This document shows, in pieces, positions 32,892-45,772 of a stretch of DNA of 64,000 nt. The DNA is from Escherichia coli. Its GTDB lineage: Bacteria; Pseudomonadota; Gammaproteobacteria; Enterobacterales; Enterobacteriaceae. The stretch lies in NCBI RefSeq assembly GCF_024502345.1, contig NZ_JALDNN010000001.1; one strand, written 5' to 3'. Every line of letters starts with the position of its first letter. Within the stretch, counting starts at the first letter, position 1. The position numbers and the translations under genes were made by a program. The notes under the pieces are model-generated. The model saw nothing but the letters and a program-made list of their open reading frames with translations, had not been told where the DNA came from and did not search any database.

Positions 32892-33008
32892 GAACCTCCG
32901 GGGGCAGGGAGGTTCGGCTCGACGTAGGCCTGATAAGACGCGTCAGCGTCGCATCAGGCAACGGCACCGCACTCATTGTCGGATGCAGCGTACCCGTCTT
33001 ATCCGACC
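32892..33008. repeat. BIME-like cluster of REP palindromes
   Basis: aggcctgataagacgcgtcagcgtcgcatcaggc and gtcggatgcagcgtacccgtcttatccgac REP-type units plus gaacctcc...ggaggttc hairpin. Confidence 0.6.
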
Positions 33009-33584
33009 TAAACGGCAGCACACCACACATTTCCCTGCCAAATTTGCGCCCCATATCTCACAATCCATTAACGGATTTGTGACAGAAACCATTGTCTTTT
33101 TTTATATTTGCTTAAATCTTTTTTTGCGTTACTTATGGCTGGCGCTGGCATTTTCCGCTGTGCGTTTTAGCGTTCATGGTATTAATCGCTCAGATATCCA
33201 CCTTTTCCTCAGATTTTTTCATTAAATGCATAAAACTTAATCACCAAATGTTGCTAAATATTAAGCTGATTGTTCTGGTCATGTTGGAGTAGCACAAATT
33301 TCTCTGCTGCAAATAGCTGTTTGAAGTTTTTTTAATCTTTGTTTGTGGATTCTCACCGTTGGTGTAAATCCCGGTTGGCTGTATTGACGTTTTCACATTC
33401 TGTTGACAGATTGTAGGTCACGAGGGGCATTTTATGGAGGATCCGCACTGTTACACTGATGTTAATTAGTACGGCATCCCCACCTCATAACGTTGACCCG
33501 ACCGGGCAAAAAACAAAAAAGGTCAGGCAGCGACAACCCACTGCAAAGGGTTAAAACAACAAACATCACAATTGGAGCAGAATA

Positions 33585-35192
33585 ATGCGTATTTCCTTGA
33601 AAAAGTCAGGGATGCTGAAGCTTGGTCTCAGCCTGGTGGCTATGACCGTCGCAGCAAGTGTTCAGGCTAAAACTCTGGTTTATTGCTCAGAAGGATCTCC
33701 GGAAGGGTTTAACCCGCAGCTGTTTACCTCCGGTACCACCTATGACGCCTCTTCCGTACCGCTTTATAACCGCCTGGTTGAATTTAAAATCGGCACCACC
33801 GAAGTGATCCCGGGCCTCGCTGAAAAGTGGGAAGTCAGCGAAGACGGTAAAACCTATACCTTCCATCTGCGTAAAGGTGTGAAGTGGCACGACAATAAAG
33901 AATTCAAACCGACGCGCGAAATGAATGCCGATGACGTGGTGTTCTCGTTCGATCGTCAGAAAAACGCGCAAAACCCGTACCATAAAGTTTCTGGCGGCAG
34001 CTACGAATACTTCGAAGGCATGGGCTTGCCAGAGCTGATCAGCGAAGTGAAAAAGGTGGACGATAACACCGTTCAGTTTGTGCTGACTCGCCCGGAAGCG
34101 CCGTTCCTCGCTGACCTGGCAATGGACTTCGCCTCTATTCTGTCAAAAGAATATGCTGATGCGATGATGAAAGCCGGTACACCGGAAAAACTGGACCTCA
34201 ACCCAATCGGAACCGGTCCGTTCCAGTTACAGCAGTATCAAAAAGATTCCCGTATCCGCTACAAAGCGTTTGATGGCTACTGGGGCACCAAACCGCAGAT
34301 CGATACGCTGGTTTTCTCTATTACCCCTGACGCTTCCGTGCGTTACGCGAAATTGCAGAAAAATGAATGCCAGGTGATGCCGTACCCGAACCCGGCAGAT
34401 ATCGCCCGCATGAAGCAGGATAAATCTATCAACCTGATGGAAATGCCGGGGCTGAACGTCGGTTATCTCTCGTATAACGTGCAGAAAAAACCACTTGATG
34501 ACGTGAAAGTTCGCCAGGCTCTGACCTACGCGGTGAACAAAGACGCGATCATCAAAGCGGTTTATCAGGGCGCGGGTGTATCAGCGAAAAACCTGATCCC
34601 GCCAACCATGTGGGGCTATAACGACGACGTTCAGGACTACACCTACGATCCTGAAAAAGCGAAAGCCTTGCTGAAAGAAGCGGGTCTGGAAAAAGGTTTC
34701 TCCATCGACCTGTGGGCGATGCCGGTACAACGTCCGTATAACCCGAACGCTCGCCGCATGGCGGAGATGATTCAGGCAGACTGGGCGAAAGTCGGCGTGC
34801 AGGCCAAAATTGTCACCTACGAATGGGGTGAGTACCTCAAGCGTGCGAAAGATGGCGAGCACCAGACGGTAATGATGGGCTGGACTGGCGATAACGGGGA
34901 TCCGGATAACTTCTTCGCCACTCTGTTCAGCTGCGCCGCCTCTGAACAAGGCTCCAACTACTCAAAATGGTGCTACAAACCGTTTGAAGATCTGATTCAA
35001 CCGGCGCGTGCTACCGACGACCATAACAAACGCGTTGAACTGTACAAGCAAGCGCAGGTGGTGATGCACGATCAGGCTCCGGCACTGATCATCGCTCACT
35101 CCACCGTGTTTGAACCGGTACGCAAAGAAGTTAAAGGCTATGTGGTTGATCCATTAGGCAAACATCACTTCGAAAACGTCTCTATCGAATAA
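33585..35192 (+). CDS. dppA: Periplasmic dipeptide-binding protein DppA, 535 aa
   Basis: 535-aa ORF with signal peptide; first gene of dppABCDF; long upstream leader. Confidence 0.95.
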   Translation: MRISLKKSGMLKLGLSLVAMTVAASVQAKTLVYCSEGSPEGFNPQLFTSGTTYDASSVPLYNRLVEFKIGTTEVIPGLAEKWEVSEDGKTYTFHLRKGVKWHDNKEFKPTREMNADDVVFSFDRQKNAQNPYHKVSGGSYEYFEGMGLPELISEVKKVDDNTVQFVLTRPEAPFLADLAMDFASILSKEYADAMMKAGTPEKLDLNPIGTGPFQLQQYQKDSRIRYKAFDGYWGTKPQIDTLVFSITPDASVRYAKLQKNECQVMPYPNPADIARMKQDKSINLMEMPGLNVGYLSYNVQKKPLDDVKVRQALTYAVNKDAIIKAVYQGAGVSAKNLIPPTMWGYNDDVQDYTYDPEKAKALLKEAGLEKGFSIDLWAMPVQRPYNPNARRMAEMIQADWAKVGVQAKIVTYEWGEYLKRAKDGEHQTVMMGWTGDNGDPDNFFATLFSCAASEQGSNYSKWCYKPFEDLIQPARATDDHNKRVELYKQAQVVMHDQAPALIIAHSTVFEPVRKEVKGYVVDPLGKHHFENVSIE

Positions 35193-35342
35193 TTAAAAGC
35201 CATACCCGGTGGTGCTGTGCCTCTGCGTGCAGCGCCATCCGGCAGCAATACTTCATTCCCTGCCCGACCTGGGCGGGAATTGATTTGTGAGCAATACAGA
35301 CACGCAGTTCCAGGCTGCGGGTCACTACAGAGAATCCGGGTT

Positions 35343-36362
35343 ATGTTGCAGTTTATTCTCCGACGTTTGGGACTCGTCATCCCCACGTTTATCGGTATTA
35401 CCCTTCTCACATTTGCCTTTGTCCACATGATCCCGGGCGATCCGGTGATGATCATGGCGGGCGAACGTGGGATCTCCCCAGAGCGTCACGCGCAGTTGCT
35501 GGCTGAACTCGGCTTAGATAAACCGATGTGGCAGCAGTATCTCCATTACATTTGGGGCGTTATGCATGGCGATCTAGGCATTTCAATGAAAAGCCGCATC
35601 CCGGTTTGGGAAGAGTTCGTGCCGCGCTTCCAGGCCACGCTGGAACTTGGTGTCTGCGCGATGATTTTTGCTACGGCAGTCGGTATTCCGGTTGGTGTGC
35701 TGGCTGCGGTTAAACGCGGTTCCATTTTCGATCACACAGCGGTTGGCCTGGCGCTGACAGGTTATTCAATGCCTATCTTCTGGTGGGGAATGATGCTGAT
35801 CATGCTGGTTTCGGTGCACTGGAACCTGACGCCCGTCTCCGGTCGCGTGAGCGATATGGTGTTCCTCGATGATTCCAATCCGTTAACCGGTTTTATGCTG
35901 ATCGACACCGCCATCTGGGGTGAAGACGGTAACTTTATCGATGCCATCGCCCATATGATCTTGCCCGCCATTGTGCTGGGTACTATTCCGCTGGCGGTCA
36001 TTGTGCGTATGACACGCTCCTCGATGCTGGAAGTGCTGGGTGAAGATTACATCCGCACCGCGCGCGCCAAAGGGTTGACCCGCCTTAGGGTGATTATCGT
36101 CCATGCGCTGCGTAACGCGATGCTGCCGGTAGTGACCGTTATCGGCCTCCAGGTGGGAACATTGCTGGCGGGGGCGATTCTGACCGAAACCATCTTCTCG
36201 TGGCCTGGTCTGGGGCGCTGGTTGATTGACGCGCTGCAACGCCGCGATTATCCGGTGGTTCAGGGCGGCGTATTGCTGGTGGCAACGATGATTATCCTCG
36301 TCAACCTGCTGGTCGATCTGCTGTACGGCGTGGTGAACCCGCGTATTCGTCATAAGAAGTAA
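35343..36362 (+). CDS. dppB: Dipeptide ABC transporter permease DppB, 339 aa
   Basis: Start at MLQFILRRLGL; ORF track start 35217 is an upstream extension. Confidence 0.93.
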   Translation: MLQFILRRLGLVIPTFIGITLLTFAFVHMIPGDPVMIMAGERGISPERHAQLLAELGLDKPMWQQYLHYIWGVMHGDLGISMKSRIPVWEEFVPRFQATLELGVCAMIFATAVGIPVGVLAAVKRGSIFDHTAVGLALTGYSMPIFWWGMMLIMLVSVHWNLTPVSGRVSDMVFLDDSNPLTGFMLIDTAIWGEDGNFIDAIAHMILPAIVLGTIPLAVIVRMTRSSMLEVLGEDYIRTARAKGLTRLRVIIVHALRNAMLPVVTVIGLQVGTLLAGAILTETIFSWPGLGRWLIDALQRRDYPVVQGGVLLVATMIILVNLLVDLLYGVVNPRIRHKK

Positions 36363-36371
36363 GGGGACATC

Positions 36372-37274
36372 ATGTCACAGGTTACTGAAAATAAAGTGAT
36401 TAGCGCACCGGTGCCGATGACCCCGTTACAGGAGTTCTGGCACTATTTTAAACGCAACAAAGGCGCGGTCGTCGGGCTGGTTTACGTCGTCATCGTGCTG
36501 TTTATCGCGATCTTTGCCAACTGGATTGCTCCCTATAACCCGGCGGAACAATTCCGCGATGCGCTGCTTGCCCCGCCCGCCTGGCAGGAAGGCGGCAGCA
36601 TGGCGCACTTGCTGGGCACCGATGACGTAGGGCGTGATGTGCTGTCGCGCCTGATGTACGGCGCGCGTTTATCGCTGCTGGTTGGCTGTCTGGTGGTGGT
36701 GTTATCGCTGATTATGGGCGTTATTCTCGGCCTGATCGCCGGTTACTTTGGCGGCCTGGTCGATAACATCATCATGCGCGTGGTCGATATCATGCTGGCG
36801 CTGCCAAGTCTGCTGTTGGCACTGGTGCTGGTGGCGATGTTCGGCCCGTCGATTGGTAACGCCGCGCTGGCGCTGACCTTTGTTGCCTTGCCGCACTATG
36901 TGCGCTTAACCCGCGCCGCCGTGCTGGTGGAAGTTAACCGCGATTACGTTACCGCGTCTCGCGTGGCAGGTGCCGGGGCGATGCGTCAGATGTTTATTAA
37001 CATCTTCCCGAACTGCCTTGCGCCTCTGATTGTTCAGGCGTCGCTCGGTTTCTCTAACGCCATTCTCGATATGGCTGCTCTTGGTTTCCTCGGCATGGGG
37101 GCGCAGCCGCCAACGCCGGAGTGGGGCACCATGCTCTCCGACGTGTTGCAGTTCGCGCAAAGCGCCTGGTGGGTCGTGACCTTCCCGGGTCTGGCGATCC
37201 TGCTGACGGTGCTGGCATTTAACCTGATGGGTGACGGTCTGCGTGACGCGCTCGATCCCAAACTGAAGCAGTAA
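36372..37274 (+). CDS. dppC: Dipeptide ABC transporter permease DppC, 300 aa
   Basis: 300-aa permease ORF. Confidence 0.95.
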   Translation: MSQVTENKVISAPVPMTPLQEFWHYFKRNKGAVVGLVYVVIVLFIAIFANWIAPYNPAEQFRDALLAPPAWQEGGSMAHLLGTDDVGRDVLSRLMYGARLSLLVGCLVVVLSLIMGVILGLIAGYFGGLVDNIIMRVVDIMLALPSLLLALVLVAMFGPSIGNAALALTFVALPHYVRLTRAAVLVEVNRDYVTASRVAGAGAMRQMFINIFPNCLAPLIVQASLGFSNAILDMAALGFLGMGAQPPTPEWGTMLSDVLQFAQSAWWVVTFPGLAILLTVLAFNLMGDGLRDALDPKLKQ

Positions 37275-37284
37275 GAGGTTCGAA

Positions 37285-38268
37285 ATGGCGTTATTAAATG
37301 TAGATAAATTATCGGTGCATTTCGGCGACGAAAGCGCACCGTTCCGCGCCGTAGACCGCATCAGCTACAGCGTAAAACAGGGCGAAGTGGTCGGGATTGT
37401 GGGTGAGTCCGGCTCTGGTAAATCGGTCAGTTCGCTGGCGATTATAGGGCTGATTGATTATCCGGGCCGCGTAATGGCGGAAAAGCTGGAGTTTAACGGT
37501 CAGGATTTACAGCGTATCTCAGAAAAAGAGCGCCGCAACCTGGTGGGTGCCGAAGTGGCGATGATCTTCCAGGACCCGATGACCAGCCTTAACCCGTGCT
37601 ACACAGTGGGTTTCCAGATCATGGAAGCGATTAAGGTGCATCAGGGCGGTAATAAGAGCACTCGTCGTCAGCGGGCGATTGACTTGTTGAATCAGGTCGG
37701 TATTCCCGATCCGGCTTCGCGTCTGGATGTTTACCCGCATCAGCTTTCCGGCGGCATGAGCCAGCGCGTGATGATTGCGATGGCCATTGCCTGTCGGCCA
37801 AAACTGCTGATTGCCGATGAACCAACCACTGCGCTGGACGTGACCATTCAGGCGCAAATCATTGAACTACTGCTGGAGCTACAGCAGAAAGAGAACATGG
37901 CGCTGGTGTTAATTACCCATGACCTGGCGCTGGTGGCGGAAGCGGCACATAAAATCATCGTGATGTATGCCGGTCAGGTGGTGGAAACGGGCGATGCGCA
38001 CGCCATCTTCCATGCGCCGCGTCACCCGTATACTCAGGCATTGCTGCGTGCGCTGCCGGAATTTGCTCAGGACAAAGAACGTCTGGCATCGTTGCCTGGC
38101 GTTGTTCCCGGCAAGTACGACCGCCCGAACGGCTGCCTGCTTAACCCGCGCTGCCCCTATGCCACTGACAGATGTCGCGCTGAAGAACCGGCGCTGAATA
38201 TGCTCGCTGACGGGCGTCAGTCCAAATGCCATTACCCACTTGATGATGCCGGGAGGCCCACACTATGA
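37285..38268 (+). CDS. dppD: Dipeptide ABC transporter ATP-binding protein DppD, 327 aa
   Basis: Walker A GESGSGKS, signature LSGGMSQR. Confidence 0.95.
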   Translation: MALLNVDKLSVHFGDESAPFRAVDRISYSVKQGEVVGIVGESGSGKSVSSLAIIGLIDYPGRVMAEKLEFNGQDLQRISEKERRNLVGAEVAMIFQDPMTSLNPCYTVGFQIMEAIKVHQGGNKSTRRQRAIDLLNQVGIPDPASRLDVYPHQLSGGMSQRVMIAMAIACRPKLLIADEPTTALDVTIQAQIIELLLELQQKENMALVLITHDLALVAEAAHKIIVMYAGQVVETGDAHAIFHAPRHPYTQALLRALPEFAQDKERLASLPGVVPGKYDRPNGCLLNPRCPYATDRCRAEEPALNMLADGRQSKCHYPLDDAGRPTL

Positions 38269-39269
38269 GTACGCAAGAGGCCACCTCGCAACAACCGCTG
38301 TTGCAGGCTATCGACCTGAAAAAACATTATCCGGTGAAGAAAGGCATGTTCGCGCCGGAACGTCTGGTTAAAGCGCTGGATGGCGTTTCGTTTAACCTTG
38401 AACGTGGCAAAACGCTGGCGGTAGTAGGTGAATCTGGCTGCGGTAAATCGACCCTCGGTCGGTTGTTGACGATGATTGAAACACCTACCGGCGGTGAACT
38501 GTATTACCAGGGGCAGGATCTGCTCAAGCACGATCCGCAGGAGCAGAAACTGCGTCGGCAGAAAATCCAGATCGTCTTCCAGAACCCCTATGGTTCGCTG
38601 AATCCGCGTAAAAAAGTCGGGCAAATTCTTGAAGAGCCGCTGCTTATTAACACCAGCTTAAGCAAAGAACAGCGTCGGGAAAAAGCCCTGTCGATGATGG
38701 CGAAAGTCGGCCTGAAAACCGAGCACTATGACCGCTATCCGCATATGTTCTCCGGCGGACAACGTCAGCGTATCGCTATTGCCCGTGGTCTGATGCTCGA
38801 CCCGGACGTGGTGATTGCCGATGAACCGGTCTCCGCGCTGGACGTCTCGGTGCGTGCACAGGTGCTCAACCTGATGATGGATTTGCAGCAGGAACTGGGG
38901 CTTTCTTATGTCTTCATCTCCCACGACCTGTCGGTGGTGGAGCACATTGCTGATGAAGTGATGGTGATGTACCTGGGCCGCTGCGTGGAGAAGGGAACGA
39001 AGGACCAAATCTTCAATAACCCGCGCCATCCGTACACTCAGGCGCTACTTTCCGCGACGCCGCGCCTGAATCCGGACGATCGCCGCGAGCGCATCAAACT
39101 CACCGGTGAGCTGCCAAGCCCGCTGAATCCACCGCCGGGCTGCGCGTTTAACGCCCGCTGTCGTCGGCGCTTCGGCCCCTGCACCCAGTTGCAGCCGCAG
39201 CTAAAAGACTACGGCGGTCAACTGGTAGCTTGTTTTGCTGTTGATCAGGATGAAAATCCGCAGCGTTAA
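38265..39269 (+). CDS. dppF: Dipeptide ABC transporter ATP-binding protein DppF, 334 aa
   Basis: Walker [10 protein letters not shown], signature FSGGQRQR; 4-nt overlap with dppD. Confidence 0.95.
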   Translation: MSTQEATSQQPLLQAIDLKKHYPVKKGMFAPERLVKALDGVSFNLERGKTLAVVGESGCGKSTLGRLLTMIETPTGGELYYQGQDLLKHDPQEQKLRRQKIQIVFQNPYGSLNPRKKVGQILEEPLLINTSLSKEQRREKALSMMAKVGLKTEHYDRYPHMFSGGQRQRIAIARGLMLDPDVVIADEPVSALDVSVRAQVLNLMMDLQQELGLSYVFISHDLSVVEHIADEVMVMYLGRCVEKGTKDQIFNNPRHPYTQALLSATPRLNPDDRRERIKLTGELPSPLNPPPGCAFNARCRRRFGPCTQLQPQLKDYGGQLVACFAVDQDENPQR

Positions 39270-39298
39270 CTCACAAAACCGGGGCCATGCGCTCCGGT

Positions 39299-40359
39299 TT
39301 ACTCAATCAGCTTCAACAGTGGCGACAAGCATAGCAAAATGCCGTAAAGCAGAATTAGCCAGGCTTTAAATCCGCGAAGTTTTTCCAGTTGTGCGACTTT
39401 ATAGATCAGGAAAAACGGAATGAGGCACGACACAATGCCATATAACGGGCTTCCCAACTGAAAGAACACCAGCACCGATACACGAAACGAAACCCAAATC
39501 GTCAACGTAATGACGATAAAAGCGCAGATCGCCAGAGTCAGCATGCGTGAGTTAATTTTCTTGGTATCAATAATTCGGCTTAACAGATTGAGAATAATGC
39601 CTTTAATAGCCTCGTGGAAACCGAGATAAATGCCAAAGAATGCGGTCAGTACGGCAAAGATATTCAGCACCGTAGAGGTGATATGAATGATATGTCCAGG
39701 GATCACCTGCGCGGCCAGTGCCAGTGCCGAGATATTTTGTTCAAAGGCAGAAACGGCTTCTTCGTGGCTAATTGAGAAGGTAAACGAAAAGGCAAAAAAC
39801 AGGATCACCGCGATGAGCGTGATATAACTAATTCGATGGGTACGCAGCGCGAGCCGGGTTGCCAGTACTTTATCTGCTTCCCGTTTACGATAGGCAATAT
39901 TCATTGGGTTAAGTACCTGAATAAATACCGCAGAAAAGAAGCAAAATGGAATGGTAAGCAGGACATCGCGGAAAAAGACGGAGGCTTGCGGGAAGGCGGT
40001 TATATTGGCGAAATTCCAGTGCGGGATCATCGCAAAACCGAACACGACAATAATCCCTACTTTGACCACCACCATTGGCCCAGAAATCTTAAACAGTAAT
40101 CGTTCACCACCAGACGCAATCGCTACCAGTACGGCGAAAATAGCGACTTTATAAAGTAGAGATTGTGAAAGATCGGCATCGGTTAAACCGAAGGTTTTCA
40201 GGTACGAGGCGCTGTCGAAAACCACGGAGAGAGAGTAGATAAAAATCCCGTGGATAATCATCAAAAAGTAGATAACCCCGAGGAAAATTCCCCAGTTCTT
40301 CCCCAGGTAATGACTGATAATATCGGTGTAGTCATTACAGGAATCGCTTTCAGAAAGGG
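39299..40359 (-). pseudogene. yhjV: 5'-truncated yhjV (amino acid/H+ symporter family transporter); N-terminal ~70 codons and promoter replaced by IS1
   Basis: Hydrophobic transporter reading frame runs with no stop up to the IS1 left end at 40360; ORF track's 321-aa version starts at an internal TTG/ATG. Confidence 0.8.
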
Positions 40360-40414
40360 GGTGATGCTGCCAACTTACTGATTTAGTGTATGATGGTGTT
40401 TTTGAGGTGCTCCA

Positions 40415-40690
40415 GTGGCTTCTGTTTCTATCAGCTGTCCCTCCTGTTCAGCTACTGACGGGGTGGTGCGTAACGGCAAAAGCACCGCCGGACATCAGCG
40501 CTATCTCTGCTCTCACTGCCGTAAAACATGGCAACTGCAGTTCACTTACACCGCTTCTCAACCCGGTACGCACCAGAAAATCATTGATATGGCCATGAAT
40601 GGCGTTGGATGCCGGGCAACCGCCCGCATTATGGGCGTTGGCCTCAACACGATTTTCCGCCATTTAAAAAACTCAGGCCGCAGTCGGTAA
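40415..40690 (+). CDS. insA: IS1 InsA (transposition repressor / N-terminal transposase part), 91 aa
   Basis: [43 protein letters not shown]... zinc-finger plus HTH. Confidence 0.92.
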   Translation: MASVSISCPSCSATDGVVRNGKSTAGHQRYLCSHCRKTWQLQFTYTASQPGTHQKIIDMAMNGVGCRATARIMGVGLNTIFRHLKNSGRSR

Positions 40691-41112
40691 CCTCGCGCAT
40701 ACAGCCGGGCAGTGACGTCATCGTCTGCGCGGAAATGGACGAACAGTGGGGATACGTCGGGGCTAAATCGCGCCAGCGCTGGCTGTTTTACGCGTATGAC
40801 AGGCTCCGGAAGACGGTTGTTGCGCACGTATTCGGTGAACGCACTATGGCGACGCTGGGGCGTCTTATGAGCCTGCTGTCACCCTTTGACGTGGTGATAT
40901 GGATGACGGATGGCTGGCCGCTGTATGAATCCCGCCTGAAGGGAAAGCTGCACGTAATCAGCAAGCGATATACGCAGCGAATTGAGCGGCATAACCTGAA
41001 TCTGAGGCAGCACCTGGCACGGCTGGGACGGAAGTCGCTGTCGTTCTCAAAATCGGTGGAGCTGCATGACAAAGTCATCGGGCATTATCTGAACATAAAA
41101 CACTATCAATAA
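40609..41112 (+). CDS. insB: IS1 InsB reading frame (expressed as InsAB' transposase by -1 frameshifting)
   Basis: 167-aa ORF in -1 frame overlapping insA 3' end, typical IS1 organisation. Confidence 0.88.
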   Translation: MPGNRPHYGRWPQHDFPPFKKLRPQSVTSRIQPGSDVIVCAEMDEQWGYVGAKSRQRWLFYAYDRLRKTVVAHVFGERTMATLGRLMSLLSPFDVVIWMTDGWPLYESRLKGKLHVISKRYTQRIERHNLNLRQHLARLGRKSLSFSKSVELHDKVIGHYLNIKHYQ

Positions 41113-41127
41113 GTTGGAGTCATTACC

Positions 41128-42013
41128 GGATTCCGGTGCCAGCGTGGCGGTCGGCTGGCGAAATGACGTCTGGAGCTGGGATATCGGTACCACGCCGATG
41201 GGCTTCAACGTGGTGGATGTGGTCGGCGGCATCAGTTACAGCGATGATATCGGGCCGCTGGGTTACACCGTTAACGCCCACCGTCGGCCCATCTCCAGTT
41301 CTTTGCTGGCCTTTGGTGGGCAAAAAGACTCCCCGAGCAATACCGGGAAAAAATGGGGTGGCGTACGTGCCGACGGTGTGGGGCTAAGTCTGAGCTACGA
41401 TAAAGGTGAAGCAAATGGCGTCTGGGCATCGCTTAGTGGCGACCAGTTAACCGGTAAAAATGTCGAAGATAACTGGCGCGTGCGCTGGATGACGGGCTAT
41501 TACTATAAGGTCATTAACCAGAACAATCGCCGCGTCACAATCGGCCTGAACAACATGATCTGGCATTACGACAAAGATCTGAGTGGTTACTCACTCGGTC
41601 AGGGCGGTTACTACAGTCCGCAGGAATACCTGTCGTTTGCCATACCGGTGATGTGGCGGGAGCGCACGGAAAACTGGTCGTGGGAGCTGGGGGCGTCTGG
41701 CTCGTGGTCGCATTCACGCACCAAAACCATGCCGCGTTATCCGCTGATGAATCTGATCCCGACCGACTGGCAGGAAGAAGCTGCGCGGCAATCCAACGAT
41801 GGCGGCAGCAGTCAGGGCTTCGGCTATACGGCGCGGGCATTACTTGAACGACGTGTTACTTCCAACTGGTTTGTCGGCACGGCAATTGATATCCAGCAGG
41901 CGAAAGATTACGCCCCCAGCCATTTCCTGCTCTACGTACGTTATTCCGCCGCCGGATGGCAGGGTGACATGGATTTACCGCCGCAGCCGCTGATACCTTA
42001 CGCCGACTGGTAA
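41128..42013 (+). pseudogene. bcsC: 3' remnant (about 295 codons) of cellulose synthase operon protein BcsC (outer-membrane beta-barrel part)
   Basis: Frame continues from IS1 right end; ends ...PQPLIPYADW; full BcsC is about 1150 aa so the TPR region and start are absent. Confidence 0.85.
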
Positions 42014-42094
42014 GTTTTCAGATAGCGCCTCTCTTAATGCCGCTGCGATCGGGTATACTCGGGCGGCAATCTGGGATTTCCGGGGGGAGACAAT

Positions 42095-44083
42095 TTGCGC
42101 GTAAGTCGCTCGTTAACAATCAAGCAGATGGCAATGGTGGCAGCCGTTGTCCTGGTGTTCGTTTTTATTTTTTGCACCGTTTTGCTGTTCCATCTGGTCC
42201 AGCAGAATCGCTATAACACGGCTACGCAACTGGAAAGCATTGCTCGCTCTGTCCGCGAACCTTTATCTTCAGCCATTTTGAAAGGTGATATTCCCGAAGC
42301 GGAAGCTATTCTTGCCAGCATTAAACCGGCAGGCGTGGTCAGCCGTGCCGATGTAGTGCTGCCCAACCAGTTCCAGGCGCTGCGTAAAAGTTTTATTCCA
42401 GAGCGCCCGGTGCCGGTAATGGTTACTCGCCTGTTTGAGCTACCGGTTCAAATCTCGCTGGGCGTTTACTCGCTCGAACGTCCGGCAAATCCGCAGCCAA
42501 TTGCCTATCTGGTGCTACAGGCGGATTCCTTCCGTATGTATAAGTTCGTGATGAGCACCCTCTCAACGTTAGTGACCATTTACTTACTTTTGTCGTTAAT
42601 ATTGACGGTGGCGATTAGCTGGTGCATTAACCGCCTGATTTTGCATCCGTTACGCAATATTGCTCGCGAACTTAACGCCATCCCAGCCCAGGAGCTTGTT
42701 GGTCACCAACTGGCATTACCGCGTCTGCATCAGGATGATGAAATCGGTATGTTGGTGCGCAGTTACAACCTCAACCAGCAATTGCTGCAGCGCCATTATG
42801 AAGAACAGAACGAAAATGCGATGCGCTTCCCAGTGTCGGATTTGCCGAACAAAGCCTTGCTGATGGAGATGCTGGAGCAGGTTGTCGCGCGTAAACAAAC
42901 CACCGCGCTGATGATCATCACCTGTGAAACCCTGCGTGATACTGCGGGTGTGCTGAAAGAGGCGCAACGAGAAATTCTGCTGCTGACGCTGGTGGAAAAA
43001 CTCAAATCGGTACTGTCGCCACGTATGATCCTCGCGCAGATTAGCGGTTATGACTTTGCTGTCATTGCCAATGGTGTACAGGAACCGTGGCACGCAATCA
43101 CCTTAGGTCAGCAAGTGCTCACTATCATGAGCGAGCGCCTGCCGATTGAACGTATTCAACTCCGTCCGCACTGTAGCATTGGCGTGGCGATGTTCTACGG
43201 CGATCTCACCGCCGAACAGCTTTACAGTCGCGCTATTTCTGCGGCATTTACCGCTCGCCATAAAGGCAAGAATCAGATTCAGTTCTTTGATCCGCAGCAG
43301 ATGGAAGCCGCCCAGAAGCGGTTGACGGAAGAGAGCGATATCCTTAATGCACTGGAAAATCATCAGTTTGCTATTTGGTTACAGCCACAGGTCGAGATGA
43401 CCAGCGGTAAACTGGTCAGTGCGGAAGTGTTACTGCGTATCCAGCAACCGGATGGCAGTTGGGACCTGCCGGATGGCTTAATCGAGCGCATTGAGTGCTG
43501 TGGGCTGATGGTTACCGTCGGTCACTGGGTGCTGGAAGAGTCCTGTCGATTGCTTGCAGCCTGGCAAGAGCGCGGCATTATGCTGCCCTTGTCGGTAAAC
43601 CTCTCTGCGCTGCAACTGATGCACCCGAATATGGTGGCGGATATGCTGGAACTGTTAACCCGCTATCGCATTCAGCCGGGAACACTGATTCTGGAAGTGA
43701 CAGAAAGCCGACGTATTGACGACCCTCATGCTGCGGTGGCAATCCTCCGTCCGCTGCGCAATGCTGGAGTTCGGGTGGCGCTGGATGATTTCGGCATGGG
43801 CTACGCAGGGCTGCGTCAGCTGCAGCATATGAAATCGTTGCCAATCGACGTTCTGAAAATCGACAAAATGTTTGTTGAAGGCTTGCCGGAAGATAGCAGC
43901 ATGATTGCTGCAATTATCATGCTGGCGCAGAGCCTGAACTTACAAATGATTGCCGAAGGCGTGGAGACTGAAGCACAACGCGACTGGCTGGCAAAAGCGG
44001 GCGTTGGTATTGCCCAGGGCTTCCTTTTTGCTCGTCCACTCCCTATTGAAATCTTCGAAGAGAGTTACCTGGAAGAAAAGTAG
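42095..44083 (+). CDS. pdeK: c-di-GMP phosphodiesterase PdeK (TM-HAMP-degenerate GGDEF-EAL), start uncertain
   Basis: 662-aa ORF from TTG with ggggagac RBS; EAL-domain motifs (EVTE, DDFG) in C-terminal half. Confidence 0.85.
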   Translation: MRVSRSLTIKQMAMVAAVVLVFVFIFCTVLLFHLVQQNRYNTATQLESIARSVREPLSSAILKGDIPEAEAILASIKPAGVVSRADVVLPNQFQALRKSFIPERPVPVMVTRLFELPVQISLGVYSLERPANPQPIAYLVLQADSFRMYKFVMSTLSTLVTIYLLLSLILTVAISWCINRLILHPLRNIARELNAIPAQELVGHQLALPRLHQDDEIGMLVRSYNLNQQLLQRHYEEQNENAMRFPVSDLPNKALLMEMLEQVVARKQTTALMIITCETLRDTAGVLKEAQREILLLTLVEKLKSVLSPRMILAQISGYDFAVIANGVQEPWHAITLGQQVLTIMSERLPIERIQLRPHCSIGVAMFYGDLTAEQLYSRAISAAFTARHKGKNQIQFFDPQQMEAAQKRLTEESDILNALENHQFAIWLQPQVEMTSGKLVSAEVLLRIQQPDGSWDLPDGLIERIECCGLMVTVGHWVLEESCRLLAAWQERGIMLPLSVNLSALQLMHPNMVADMLELLTRYRIQPGTLILEVTESRRIDDPHAAVAILRPLRNAGVRVALDDFGMGYAGLRQLQHMKSLPIDVLKIDKMFVEGLPEDSSMIAAIIMLAQSLNLQMIAEGVETEAQRDWLAKAGVGIAQGFLFARPLPIEIFEESYLEEK

Positions 44084-44229
44084 CTACCCCAAACTGATTA
44101 CAAAACTTTAAAAAGTGCTGGTTTGTGCGAGCCAGCTCAAACTTTTTAACCTTTTTGTTTCAATTATGATCCAGGTACATTTCTGTGATGTTGTCTGGGT
44201 GTTATTTTAAGGCCGCAGGTACCCCATAA

Positions 44230-45552
<1,323 letters not shown>

Positions 45553-45772
45553 TCTCATCACTTATGCCCGCACTCCCTTCCCCGAGTGCGGGTGTTTGCG
45601 CATAATTGACCCCTGTGCCTGAACTTACCACCTGGGTGAGTTCAGGTTTATTTCACTTCTTCCGTGACATTTTCATGTTCTTGCGGTCTAACACGAAGTG
45701 TTTTTAACGTCATTTAGACTGACCGACAACGGGCAGTTTTTTTATTACCAGGATAGTTGATCAGGGGTTCAC

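Larger units (their letters stand above)
40360..41127 (+). mobile_element. IS1 insertion sequence (768 bp)
   Basis: Termini GGTGATGCTGCCAACTTACTGAT ... ATCAATAAGTTGGAGTCATTACC; contains insA and insB; flanking 9-mers differ (no target-site duplication). Confidence 0.93.

Noticed and set aside
40360-41127. IS1 as a simple insertion with 9-bp target-site duplication
   Set aside because: Flanking 9-mers differ, and the flanking genes (yhjV, bcsC 3' end) are not neighbours in the expected gene order, so a deletion or rearrangement is the better reading.
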